Source: Eledone cirrhosa
Taxonomy: Eukaryota
DNA: 64,000 bases
Direction of reading: 5' to 3'
Assembly: GCA_964016885.1 (NCBI GenBank)
Contig: OZ024740.1
Span: 156,674,001 to 156,738,000, forward strand
Under the pieces are notes generated by a model. It ran no database searches and had not been told where the DNA came from. It saw nothing but the letters and a program-made list of their open reading frames with translations. This document shows, piece by piece, positions 1-12,720 of the stretch; positions within the stretch are counted from its first letter, which is position 1; each line of letters opens with the position of its first letter. The position numbers and the translations under genes were made by a program.

Positions 1-1270
1 TGTTCCCTCCCCTGAAAACCTAATCATGAACGGCCTGATAGAACATCTACAGTCAGGTGACAACTATAGGTATCTTGACCAGGATGAGAATGTCATATAT
101 GATGTACTCATATTTAAGGAAAGTATCAAGAATGAATACCACAGGAGATTAAAGAGATTATGGTCATCAGAACTCTCAACGTACAATATGCACATTGGCC
201 ATGATACATCTGTTGTCCCCATCAACACGCCAACAATTAGCCTACGGAACTGGTCATTGCAAGAACTGAGCGAGATGGATGTAAGAACTCGCAAGCTGCT
301 CAGTGTTACTGGAAACTTTTATATCAATTGTGATATGGATAGGCTGTATTTCTCACACAAGTAGGGCAGCCGGGGCTTAATATTCATATTCATATCATAC
401 GAGACGCAGATAATAAGACTGCAGCAATATCTTCAACAGAAGAAAAGGTTAGCAGCCATCGAGCTCACGTTTATGAGCATAAAAATAATAATATTGTTGG
501 GATAGCCACTGATCTAAAATAGACATGAAATAAAACCTGATACAAATCTCTCTCCTAGGATCACTGGAAAACTCTACTCAATGCTCGAACCAAATAAAAA
601 AGTGGACGAATTCACTGTAATGGTTGTACCTGAGACGAAAGTCACAGAGCATAAAGGGGATAAATCCAACTAAAATTCTGACATGGAGTTCCATAAATTT
701 TATAAAATGCTACCTTGAAGGAAAGCCACCTGCAACCCAAGAAAAGGAAGTCCTCATGAAGTACCCACTGTGAAAGAATGCTTTTCGTTACTACGTCTCC
801 ATGAGGCATGATGTGATAGCTAGAACGATCTGGGATACATTACGGAAGACGAAAATCAAATCAAATAGATGATGACTCACAGGAATACTGGCGGAAACTA
901 AAAATAAAACCTCAAACAAATTAATGCACAACCACCCTGATATTATTTTTTCGGACCACAAAAATATGCTTTGTTGTAGAAGTCAAAGCTACCAACTCTA
1001 TGTCAATGTGGCCTGAAAACTGCAAGAGGGGGAGGATATATTCGAACCATTGATGAGGAGTTTGCAGATCCAATATCAATGATACACGTTCAGCTTCATA
1101 CTCGTTATTATTGGGGCTACAGGCAATATATCAACTTGCTTAGACCAAAGTATAACTGGACTTGAATTTGTGGAGAAAGAACGTAGATCCTCAATTCACA
1201 AGCTACACATAGCCTCGATATCTGGAACGTGTAAAATCTGTAAAACATTCTCACGATCCAAAGAATGAAC
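1..1270 (+). mobile_element. Decayed R4/Dong-like non-LTR retrotransposon (RT C-terminus + restriction-like endonuclease)
   Basis: ORF 26-364 ends ...DVRTRKLL...DRLYFSHK*GSRGL (cf. LYxxRxxGGRGL). Downstream frames give RHDVIARTIW (~805), HNHPDII (~930), CFVVEV and ILVIIGATG (~1100), the RLE motifs in order. Many stops and frameshifts. Confidence 0.75.
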
Positions 1271-1689
1271 ACTTACACAAGAGATTACGACAATTTCCTT
1301 TTCTTTACAACCTTGCTATCAACAATAAACACAAAATTAAGAGAGAGAACATGCATACATACATAAATCACACGTACATAGACAATATATAATGCATAAT
1401 AAGCTGTATCTTTTCAATATATAAATAACTCATCATGGTGCACTTCTATAGATTGATACGGCGTGCCAAAAAATTCGATTTATTTCCACCAAAGCAGGAT
1501 AAGTATTAGGCAATCTTTTCAAACGAAATATTAATGGACATCTAATTTGATATTTACTATTGTCAGAAGTTAAATTTATGATGTGATATTTTAAAATACA
1601 TCTCAATAAAATCCATTCTATCTTGAAGCAAAAACAATGCATAGTCTTCTTGTGTAATGTTCGTAGAATATATTATAAGGGCGAAAAAT

Positions 1690-1815
1690 TGGGTGTGTCG
1701 GATGGAAAAGATTGTTTCAGTATTTGTTCCGGCTCAATGCACTCACAGCTCAAATCTTTCCGAGGTCAAGTTTGCCTTTAATATTTTTCTATAAAGTAGT
1801 AGTCCAGTAGTGTTT
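1690..1815 (+). mobile_element. tRNA-derived SINE fragment
   Basis: Contains ctcaaatc..cgaggtcaagtttgccttt, the core shared with the SINE copies at 7650, 25-29 kb and 62 kb. Confidence 0.55.
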
Positions 1816-1894
1816 TTGGTTCTTCCCCCTCTCGCCTGCTCTCCCTCATCCTTTCTCTGGAAGAAATCGGTGTTATTCTTCTGACCTGATATAT

Positions 1895-2408
1895 GTAATG
1901 TATATGCCGGCGTACAAGTCTACATTTGGAGCCTAAAGATATCTCTCCAAAACCAGGAGTCGACTTGTCCGCCGAATATAAAATGTGAAACTTTACCACT
2001 GAGGGGTAAACAGTGAAACTGCCTGCCCAACACTTGATGTACACCACTTACCATAACTCTAGTAGCCCACCACAGTTATTTCCTACGGAATCTCATATTT
2101 GTTAAGTCTATTTAACGTAGATATTATAATAATATCAATAACTTGTCGTAGCTCATAGGGTAGGTTACCATAGGTTTGCTCAGATTAGGCTAGGCTGGTT
2201 TACTCACTGAGTTAGAACTCACTTAAGACTGAAGTGATTTAGAAGTGCTTTAGTCTTTAGCGCGCCACTAAATCTTTTGAATTATTTCTCCTGCAACTGC
2301 CTTATTTTTTGGGGTCGTCTTATCCGGCGAATGTAGGTTTAAACCTGAATTACACCTCAGAATTTTAAGAGTCGACCTATGGGCCGGATCGACTTATACG
2401 GTATATAT
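1895..2408. mobile_element. Non-autonomous pogo/Tigger-like DNA element
   Basis: Left end tatatgccggcgtacaagtc and right end gacttatacgggtatata are degenerate inverted repeats. Internal gtcgactt(g/a)t subterminal motifs recur at ~1958, ~2313, ~2370 and ~2390. Confidence 0.55.
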
Positions 2409-2511
2409 ATATATATATGTATCAACAAAAAATAGAAAATACACACACACACATACACACACATATATATATACATATACATAAATATATACCATATATA
2501 TACATAAGCAT

Positions 2512-3744
2512 ACGAGGTACAATCAACAGCTTTTGAGACTGTTATCAGAGAGATATTTATTTAACTCAAATCAACACAAAACTCTAGTCTCCCTCAATGT
2601 AGGATCCTTAAAATTCAATGTACTTGTTTTAACGCTTGTAGTCCTCCAAAATGAAGATGTTCAGGGCACTGGTCACAACCTCATTCATCTCCTCCACATC
2701 CTCAAAGCGGATACCCCTGAGCTTCAGGAACATGGGGCTAAATCCGGATTGTAGGGAGGATGAGAGATAGTCATTATCCCCATATAGGCCAAGTAGTTGG
2801 TACCCAGGATGGATTTGTGACAGGTGGCATTGTCCTGGTGCAGGCACCACTGACCAGGCACGAAGAGTTCTGGTCTCTTGCGATGAAATCTCTTACTGAA
2901 CTGCCTCAAAAATTCTACATAATATTCTCTACTGATTGTCTTGTCGTGGGGGAAACAGTGGATGTAGATGATACTCTTGCTGTCTAAGAATGGGATCATC
3001 ATGAGCTTCTCCATGCCTGGCTTTCTTGGGTCTTGAGGAATTAGAATATTACCACTGAGCACTCTTGGTCTCTGGATCATAACAGTAGACCCAGCTCTCG
3101 TCACATGTTACCAGATACTCAAGTACACTTGGATTCGAAGTGATCCACTCGACCATCTCCCTGCTGTCATCAACGCGCCTCTATCTTTGATCTTAATTGA
3201 GCACTCTGAGAACAAACTTCGCACAAACTTTACGCATGTTCAGATCGCTATGAATGACTCTATGCACGGCACCTCCAGCCACTTCAAATTGTATAGCAAT
3301 CGTCAGAAGAGATGAATGAGGGTCCTCGTCTAGAAATTTGCGAAATTTGTACCAGCTTTGGTGTCCTGACGTCCCTCTCCCTACCGCACCTCTCGCCGTT
3401 CCTCACCTGATCCCTTTTCTCGCGAACCCTCTTGTACCAGCGGAAAGCAGTCACCCAGTTCATGAAAGATAGCCCATAGGCAGTTTTGACAATTTCATAG
3501 GTTTCTACAGTGTTTTTGCTGAGCTTCACACAAAACTTTATTGTGGAACCAGTCAGTTGTTACAAGACGTGTATGACGGTCAGTGTTTAAAGTGTAGTAG
3601 CAGTCCGAACCTTTAACCTCGAAAAAAAGATTTGGCATGTTAGTTTATTATAAACTTATCAAGAATGCATTTGCGTGATAGTTACGCAGGTCAATTAAAA
3701 TGATTGAAAAGAAAGAGTCTCAAAATATCTTGAGTGTACATCGT
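2512..3744 (-). mobile_element. Decayed full-length mariner element (transposase pseudogene)
   Basis: TIRs acgaggtacaatcaacagcttttgagact / agtctcaaaatatcttgagtgtacatcgt. Minus-strand ORFs give KNTVETYEIVKTAYG...FRWYKR (HTH), WCLHQDNATCH and HPPYNPDLAPC (mariner YSPDLAP motif), then LRGIRFEDVEE. About 1.23 kb. Confidence 0.9.
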
Positions 3745-3755
3745 GTACATATAAC

Positions 3756-4032
3756 GGTGTGTATCGGTTACCATTTTTGCTCGATAAAAGAATGTTTAAA
3801 AATAATTAATTAATCATTATGAATGAATATTTAAAGCAAATGAATATTTAAAGCAAATACGATACCTTAAATTGCTTTTCGGTCGCGACTGCAGTTTCGC
3901 AGTAAGTAAACTGCAGTTGGAACCAAAAAGTAAATTGAAATAATTCTTTTTATCTTATTCGCTTTAAATATCTAATTATTGAAGTATTTAATTGATTCTT
4001 TCATTGAGCAAAAATAGTAACTAATAAACACC
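3756..4032. mobile_element. Fold-back MITE with long imperfect TIRs
   Basis: ggtgtgtatcggttaccatttttgctcgataaaagaat matches the reverse complement of attctttcattgagcaaaaatagtaactaataaacacc. An inner atatttaaagc/gctttaaatat pair is also present. Confidence 0.6.
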
Positions 4033-4089
4033 TTTTGGTAATGACCGAAAGAATACGAACGCGAATACAAGCGACCAAAATAGGGTTCC

Positions 4090-4470
4090 TCCGAAGGATC
4101 TTTGGAGTTACGTTACTCGATAGAGCGCGTAGCTCGGAGATCAGAGACTTAAGTCAAGGTAGAGCTGCTACTTCTTCGAACTGAGAAATCACAGCTTCGA
4201 TACTATGGGTATGTGGTTAGAATGTCTCGGGAAAGAATCGCTGGAAAGATTTTACGGATACAACCAGCCGACAAGAGACATAGGGATAGACCCCGAGCAC
4301 GATGGTTGGATAACATCCATGAGCTTGGCTAATCTTACTTGGCTGATCTTACTTGGGGATTCAGCTGGATCAGCTGGAGAATGCTGCTTCTGACATGACC
4401 TGCTGGAAAGAGTGTTTGAAGATCCCCCTCCCCCCACACGCAAGAATAGGTGTGCGAAGAATAAGATTAC
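4090..4470 (+). mobile_element. RTE-clade LINE 3' fragment
   Basis: Across frameshifts it reads RRIFGVTLLDRARSSEIRD...LLLRTEKSQLRYYGYVVRM...RPRARWLDNI, a typical RTE ORF C-terminus. It is homologous to 41400-41720 (minus). Confidence 0.75.
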
Positions 4471-4504
4471 AACACACACACACACTGACACATACTGACA
4501 CACA

Positions 4505-4594
<90 letters not shown>

Positions 4595-5224
4595 AATATA
4601 TATTCCCACTAAGAACTACATACATGTGAGCAGCTGCTGTTCAAATCAAGTGAACGTTTTACTCATTTAATTAGCATGCAAATGGTCGAACATTATTCAG
4701 TCACGAGTAAGAATAACGTAAATCTCAAGTGAAATTAGACTTACACCAAATGATTTTGAATTACATGAACAATCAATTAGGCCTGTTTCCGTACAGTTTA
4801 TGTCATCCTATGTTCATTCACATGCATTGTATATACGTAAATGTATCTAATCATTGTGAATATCTAAGAGCATTCTAGTGAAATACTAGTTTATATGATG
4901 GAGAAAGTGCACAATGTATAAAGCTCCCGCCTCCCCAAAAGCATTCAAAATACATATACCTATAAACGTTTGTGATCAAGAAACTAATATTGAAGTAAAT
5001 TATATATATATATATATATGAATTGAAGTACAGCATATTCGAAGCCCGAGCCGCAGCTAAGCCAACGAATGCAATCAGAAGTGCAACCAGGCAGTCGATA
5101 AGGTATAAAACCTTAGAGTAATAACATACAGTTTAAAGGGCTTTGCAAATTGAAGATAGCGACCGGTAATTTAGCCGCGGGGACTGTAACAATGAAAGAA
5201 CTGACTCGCGAGAAAAAATACATA

Positions 5225-5515
5225 CATATATATATATAAAACAAGATGGCGTAGGACAGAACAAAGGAGAGGCACAAAAACAAAGAAAAGAATCCCCAGT
5301 CACAGAATGTGTCACAAAAGAACTTTGACAATATATGAACAACCGTCCGGTTATAGAACCAACCAACCAACCGGAAATTTATAAATTCTTAAATTTATAA
5401 TAAATTGGAGTGAAAGCCACTGGTGCGTGTGTTTCTTATTGGCAACATGACCCTCCCAAAGCATAACAATATCGGTTTCAACACAGGTTTTCAGATAAAG
5501 AATCTTGCTAAACAA
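5225..5515 (+). mobile_element. Penelope-like pseudo-LTR fragment
   Basis: Close match to 12460-12720, the segment directly after the GIY-YIG ORF, and to 55420-55660. Confidence 0.7.
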
Positions 5516-5739
5516 ATTCAGAAACGAAATATATATATATATAATACCTCGAACAGAAGGATTTGAGTTTCAGTTTCACGAGGGAAATTCCATCTACTCG
5601 TGGGACCTATAGAAACCAATAGTAAACCCATGGGGCTCAGATAAACGCTTGCTGGTCGATTCCAGGCAGATGCACGCTGCTTTTCACCAGCACTTTGCAC
5701 GACAGTTCGGGGAGAGCGGGGGATATCGAATATTGTAGC

Positions 5740-7360
5740 AGACTTCTTGTTTTACCTGACGGCCTGCCGCGAATCTTGGCGATTGATGTGGGATGATACA
5801 TCATAGAGTGGGTGGGTGTAAACACGGCTTCGTCGGGGCTCTGATCAATTTAGATCAATCGATAGCTTTCGATAGGGTCAACAAACGATACCTAGACGCT
5901 GTCATATTGGCAGCTGGATTCAGTTCCGTCTTTAGAGACTCGATCGCTTTGATGCACACTGGCATCTGCTCGGTGGTCAAAGTTAACGGCCACTTATTGG
6001 TACTATTTCACATCGTGCGATCGGTCCGTTAAGGATGCCAGTTTTCCTCCATTCTGTAGGCATTGACTCTCGAGCCATTACTAAGGAAGCAGGAGCTGTT
6101 ATGCATCTCGCTCAAACCGGTGCGTGGAAGGGCTGCGTCAGCATACACGGACGACGTCACCGGCAACTTCTTAGAGGAATATGAAAGTTTGATGGGAGCA
6201 AAACTGAACCCGGAAAAGTTGGTGGATTTGTAGCTCGGCATCTGGAGATGTAAATCTATGCTGTTCAACAGTGTCATCGGACACTGGATAAACGGTCCGG
6301 TGAAGTTGCTCAGAGTCTGGTCTGGTGGATAAGAACTAGGAGGAGGTAACAAGCAGAGTGGCCAAACTCACTTAGATGGGCCGAGAAGAAAGTATCCCTA
6401 AAATTTCGGGTGAAGGTGGCAAAATATTGGGACAGGGTGCTTGGTATCTGGAAGTTGTCAGGCGCTCATTGCCTTCTACCAGATGGACATTGTGGACACT
6501 GGAAATTCAACTCTAGAGTTCTGTAGAGGACTAGTGGTGGACAAGTGCGATTCGGCGAGGATCAGGGCTTTGACAAAATCCAACGGATGAGTCTGTTCCG
6601 AATAACATTCGAGCCGAAGAACTTCTAGAAATCCCTGGAATGGCAGTGCTATCAGGAACAACAGCCGGTTCGGGATAAGCTCTTGAGGCACGGAAGTGTG
6701 GTCAGACGGACTTGCCGGGGTATGAGTTGAGCGACAAAACCGTTCTGCATGCACTCGTCCAGTATCCGTGCCTTAAGGACTTGTGAAGTTTTGTCGAACA
6801 GCTATTATCACGTGTAGGACGGATCCGGAAATCGGCCGAGTCCACCGTTAAGATCGCCCCGCCTACATTTGGCCGGGAAGAGCAGACAGTTTCCCTCTAC
6901 CTGGAAGCTGCAGCGAAAGAGGTTGTGTAGGGGACGCGACTGAAAGAACTGAATACAGACACTTTTCTCTTCGGCAAATCCCTCATCAAATTTTTCAAGT
7001 TTCACTTGGAAGAGGTGAGAGTGGAGAGGGAAGTGTTAACTCGCAGTACATTTGTTAAAAGGGCCGTATATAGTGAGGATGGGCAGTATGAATGGACCTA
7101 CACCGAGGGGCGTCTGTTGGAGTGGGGCACCATCTTAGAGTGCTCTTGGAAAGTAGGGTGGTTTAGAATTAATGAGCTTCCTGAGTCACAGTTGGGCGAT
7201 GCTTCCTCCTACTGGGGAATTTTCATTATAATTCTATTGTTATTTGTTATCTGCTATCTTCTTTTTACTCTATTATTTTTTACTCTATTATTTTTGTAAA
7301 CCCCTACTGTCACTGTTTGTTGTATTGTCGGCCTTTGTGGCCAATACATAAATTAGCACT
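5740..7360 (+). mobile_element. Decayed L1/Tx1-like LINE, 3' part
   Basis: GALINLDQSIAFDRV...VKVNGHL...RSVR matches the RT of the 32-35 kb element. The zf-RVT-like region and 3' UTR ending gtggccaataca..(ATT)n follow. Confidence 0.85.
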
Positions 7361-7479
7361 ATTATTATTATTATTATTATTATTATGACCAATTAGGCTG
7401 AGTAAGTAAAATACACTTCACTTTTCCCCGTCGTGTGTTCCTCAGACTGGAAAAAGCTGAATGCACACACACACAAACG

Positions 7480-7533
<54 letters not shown>

Positions 7534-7906
7534 CGTTTGTGTGTGTGTGCATTCAGCTTTTTCCAGTCTGAGGAACACACGACGGGGAAAAGTGAAGTGT
7601 ATTTTACTTACTCAGCCTAATTGGTCATAATAATAATAATAATAATAATTGTTTCTACTTTTGGCACAAGGCCAGCAATTACCCAGTGTATTACTGGTAC
7701 TTTATTTTATCGACCCCGTAAGGATAAAAGGCAAAGTTAACCTCGGCAGGATTTGAACTCAGACCATAAAGGGCCGTAACTCTATGCAGCAAAGCATGGC
7801 GTCCGACCCTCTACCGATACTGCCATTCTAAATAATAGTGCTAATTTATGTATTGGCCACAAAGGCCGACAATACAACAAACAGTGACAGTAGGGGTTTA
7901 CAAAAA
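7291..7906. repeat. Inverted duplication centred on (AT)24, right arm interrupted by a SINE
   Basis: 7364-7482 is the exact reverse complement of 7531-7649. 7291-7365 is the reverse complement of 7831-7906. 7573-7649 recurs at 7908-7983. Confidence 0.95.
7645..7830 (-). mobile_element. tRNA-derived SINE (young subfamily)
   Basis: On the minus strand: A box tggcagtatcggtaga, B box ctgagttcaaatcc, core ctttgccttttatccttacggggtcgataaaataaagtaccag, tail (ATT)n. A near-identical copy lies at 62133-62325. Confidence 0.85.
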
Positions 7907-7987
7907 AAACACACGACGGGGAAAAGTGAAGTGTATTTTACTTACTCAGCCTAATTGGTCATAATAATAATAATAATAATAATAGTG

Positions 7988-8030
<43 letters not shown>

Positions 8031-8114
8031 GTAAATTTGTAACCCATACACTATAGAAACAATTGTTACCTAATAAATTCTGTATACCCGCATTTCCATT
8101 TCGTAAACTTCTTC

Positions 8115-8151
<37 letters not shown>

Positions 8152-8367
8152 ACATGCATATTATAATGCAACCACGTGTACTATATCTTTTTAAATCTAC
8201 AGATATATTATTAGTTCTCTCAAGAATTCAATTCAGAGTTCACAGTCACTGTTATGCTGGATAAATAATGATTTCCATTACAATTCCTTTTGATACTGCA
8301 ATTATATCCAATTTAATGGTTGTGGATATATGTTGTCTAACTCTGCTGAGATATTCCACATCAACCA

Positions 8368-8440
8368 CTTGAACGTTTCTTTATTGGCTGGCAGTGCTGA
8401 TACTTGAACGTTTCTTTATTGGCTGGCAGTGCTGATACTT
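8368..8440. repeat. 35-bp tandem duplication
   Basis: cttgaacgtttctttattggctggcagtgctgata occurs twice in tandem. Confidence 0.85.
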
Positions 8441-9049
8441 ACACGTTGCTTTCGACGAATGTATCATTTGTTTGAACACCGACTGTGAGCCTGCTTATGA
8501 CATTAACGTACACTTGACTGAGTATTCCAAATACACGTGTATCCTTGACCTAGTTCTAGGGAGGTAGTGGTTATGGGAAGGGTAGTAGCGTGACACTGTG
8601 TATTGCAAGGCTGGCTCTTTGAATTATAAATACGACTCAGTAAGTCGACTGGAACAACGTTAAATATAGTGTCTTACTCAAGGACACAACGTTCCACCGC
8701 CATACATTTATTTGTGCGTATCATAGAAATGATGTTACAAAGCGGAGGCAAGATTTAGAATGTCCTAATTCTCGACATGATTCTACAAGATATGAGACTG
8801 ATATATTAGAGAAAAGTCATAAGAAACTTCAACCTTTACAAATTATATAATACCACAATGAACCACATTCAAGTCACGGTAGCAAGTTCGATAAAATAAT
8901 GCGGTAGCCAGTTCATGTAGCATATGGGACATAGCATCAGTGAGGGGCGCAAATTTGCAATAAAGCCGGTGAATAGAAGGCATCGAAATTGTATTAATTC
9001 TCTCTTAGTGACCTCATAAGCCTACTAGTGTTCGGTATGCAGAACCTTT

Positions 9050-9220
9050 GAATGGCGGCATCTGTGAATTGCTTGGAAATAAAATACAGTCAATAGAACA
9101 TCAGATAGAATACTTTACGTTATTCGTTTCGGCTCTCTGCACTTTCAATTCAAATCCTACCGAGGTCAACTTTGCATTTCATCCTTTCGAGGTCGATATT
9201 ACCAATCAAGTACTGGAGAG
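9050..9220 (+). mobile_element. tRNA-derived SINE copy
   Basis: ttcaaatcctaccgaggtcaactttgcatttcatcctttcgaggtcgata core. Confidence 0.7.
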
Positions 9221-9297
9221 AGTTTTTCCTGTATATCTCTTTCTCACTTCTCTGCAAGAAATCGGCTGAGTTTAGATATGGTGAATGAAAGTCTCCG

Positions 9298-9385
9298 CCA
9301 GGTATATAATCACCAGTTATCATATACCCAGGTATATAATACCCAGTTATCATATACCCTGGTATAAAAATCCCAAGTATGTCAT
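9298..9385. repeat. 30-bp minisatellite (about 3 units)
   Basis: ccaggtatataat(ca/ac)ccagttatcatatac repeated. Confidence 0.8.
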
Positions 9386-11293
9386 GATAGCGCACCTACG
9401 TCTCCATCGTGAGTCATAGGTACATCTAAGCATAGAAACTACAATATTGAAATAGAGTAAACATTTGTTACACAAAACAAAGACAAATATATGCAAGTAA
9501 GGGCAACTCACCCACACAGAATTGAAAAGCCTCTATATATGTAGGATCATTTAAAACACACGTAGGAGAAATGTAGGAATCAGAAAATTCGAAAGAGACA
9601 AGCACATGGACAATTGTTTACCATCGGCTGTCTTCTTGGTATCATTATAGTTTCGGATGCTTTATAAGACATGGCTATTCATCACCATTCCCGAGGCCTA
9701 GAGCCCTTCACCCTCCTCTTCCCTCGCTCCATTCTTCTGTGACACTAGAGCCCTTGCCTTTCCTTTTCTTTTCCGTTTTCATAACCACAAAAGACACTTG
9801 AATATTCAGTGTAACTCTATTTTGTGTAGTGTGTGCTGTTGTGCTGTTTTATTTGATTATATATGTTCAATATTTGAATAAACTAAATTTCATTTCCAGC
9901 CCGCCTCCAGGTAAAAAAAAATTAAACTTAACTGTTCGTCTCTTCTTTTCTGTACGAAAAAAAAAGGTGATTGCACGTGTTCATTTTTCACTGCTTGGTT
10001 TTTATTTAACAAAAAAAAAAAAAAAAAAAAAAAAAAACTGTAGTTATACCTACATTACATTTATCTTAAATTTCTGCTGTATTTTGCGTGGATATTTATT
10101 ATAATACGCAATGCATTACCAGACGAATAATTGGACGATTTACAAATCATACTTATAAAGTCAGGCAAGTTTCCATTTGTGTTTGACATAGATAGCGGTT
10201 TGCTATAAATTCTCTTTGTATACGGATGGATAAGTGTACTAGCTCTCTGGTGGATAGTAAAGTATTAGCTATAAAATATATAGACATCATCCTATGGTTT
10301 CCTGTTTACAAAATGAGAAGCAAATATGTTTATATTAGTTCCATTTTCACAGCTAGGCTTATAATCTATAACATTAACTTTATCTTGAGTTTTCTAATAT
10401 ATGCTGTGTTGTGAATAAATATTATTTAATCAATTACGTTGCACAAGATGTAAATTAGTCTAGCCATTTGAGTTAAGTTCTGGTTTTATGTTTGATATAA
10501 ATTGAGTGGAATTAGAGGAAAGAAGAAACAGACTTATGAGAATTCTTTAAAAATAGAACATTTCCATTTTCTGACGTCAACACCATTGTTTTCCTGTTTA
10601 ATTCAATCTCTCTCTGTATATATATATATGAAGGGTCAGGACCCCGATGGCTGAGCTCCAACCGTTTCGACAGATAGATCCAAACTAACCCACCAGGCTC
10701 TGGTGCGTTATGGTCCACCTGGTATCTTACCACACCCTCTTTGCTGTATATATATATATATATTTTTTTTCTCTTTCCCTCCTCATCTCTCTTACATATG
10801 CACATCTACTCTCACTGTGTTTGTAGATATCTGTGTATACGTATATAAATACATATATCCGCATATGTTTATGCTATGCTCTGCGAATGTGTGTATATAT
10901 GTGTGTGCGTGTGTATGTATGTGTGTGCGTGTATATGTGTGTGTAAGCGGGCTCGCACGCGTATTTGGATGTATATGTATGAATTCAAATACACCCATTA
11001 CATATTCGTAAATGCATAAATGTGCGTGTATAGCTGCGTGTATTGATTCATATATTCACTCCTACAAGGATGTATGTAGTTGTGTGTATGCAATCGTGTA
11101 TGTGTAAGGAAGTTATTAAGTCATATAATCTTAACAAAAGGAAACAAAACAAACAAAATGAAGCTTCATTTGCATATTCGGCATTCAGCCAATGCCCATT
11201 AACATCGCTAGGCTTGCTGAAAAATATACAAGGTATTTACGTATCTATTGGTAAACATATGGTTGTCAATCTGTACGTTCTGACAACTGTACG

Positions 11294-11377
<84 letters not shown>

Positions 11378-11492
11378 TACAGATACACACACGCTCCACA
11401 TACATCATTTACACATACATATTTACCTATTTGCATTCAGGGTCAATCGTGTTGCTAAAATTTTACAATTAAAGTGTGTGTATATATATATA

Positions 11493-11595
<103 letters not shown>

Positions 11596-11759
11596 GTATA
11601 AGTATGTATATATATATGTATAAGTATGGGAAATGAAATATCGTTTCATTTTTTCCGTTTATATATATGTATATATATATATATATATATGTGTATATAT
11701 ATATATATAAATATGTGTATGTGTGTGTGTATGCAAAACGTAAACAGAAATAACAAAAC

Positions 11760-12720
11760 AAACGACATAGAACAATAAAAAATATTATTAATTTAACGCT
11801 TGATGTAGTAGGAAAAGTGTCTTAACGTTACGCACACTAGTCCTTCATAAACTCAATATTAAGATAGTAGAAAGACCAGGTACCTTCGTAAAAACACTTA
11901 TTAGCAAGACATACCCTTTTCAAAGACCCTCATGTATAGATCAGAAATGTATAACCTGTAAAATAAGCCCCCATATTAACTGTAAAACTAGAAATGTAGT
12001 GTATAGCATAAGATGTACTGAAGGACAATGTAGAGACAAAAATATAGTGTACATAGGTGAGACAGCTCGTAGTGTAGGGGAACGGATAAATGAACACTGG
12101 CGAGACCTTCAAGATAGTAAAGAATCATCTGTACTCTACCAACATGCTAAAATAGAACACAAGGGTAAATTAGAGAACATAGAAATAAAAATAGAATCTA
12201 CACACAGAAAAGACGCAATGTTTAGACAAATTACAGAGGCAATAAACATAAAAGAATTACAACCAAAATTAAATAGAAAATATGAGTGGAACAGCAACAT
12301 CACAACTTACAATTAAGGACAAAATGAAAACACACACACACATAGAACAAACAACCAACCAGTAACATGTAAATAAACAAATAAATAAATGAACATAAAC
12401 ACACACAGACACCCGGATGAGGCGCATGCGCAGACTGAGCACACAACACACACACAGAAACAAAATGGCGTAGGACAGAACAAAGGAGAGGCACAGAAAC
12501 AAAGAAAGGAATCCCCATTAACTGAAGCGGTCACAGAGTGTGTGACGAAAGAACTATGACAATATATAAACAACTATCTGGTTGTGGAACCAACCAACCA
12601 ACCAGAAATTTATAAATTCCTAAATTTATTATAAATTTATTATAATAATAAATTGAAGTGAAAGCAACTGGTGCGTGTGTTTCTTATTGGCAACATGACC
12701 CTCCCAAAGTATAACAATAT
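11760..12720 (+). mobile_element. Penelope-like element, 3' part (GIY-YIG endonuclease + pseudo-LTR), flanked by (AT)n
   Basis: ORF 11999-12316 reads VYSIRC...C...VYIGETARSVGERINEH...S.LYQHAKIEH...RQITEAINIKELQPKLN, a classic PLE GIY-YIG domain. It is followed by a repeated terminal segment carrying an HHR-like motif. Confidence 0.9.
11999..12316 (+). pseudogene. Penelope GIY-YIG endonuclease domain (5'-truncated)
   Basis: YSI/YIG, R..EH, H...H, E and PxLN motifs are all present. No upstream RT is present. Confidence 0.85.
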
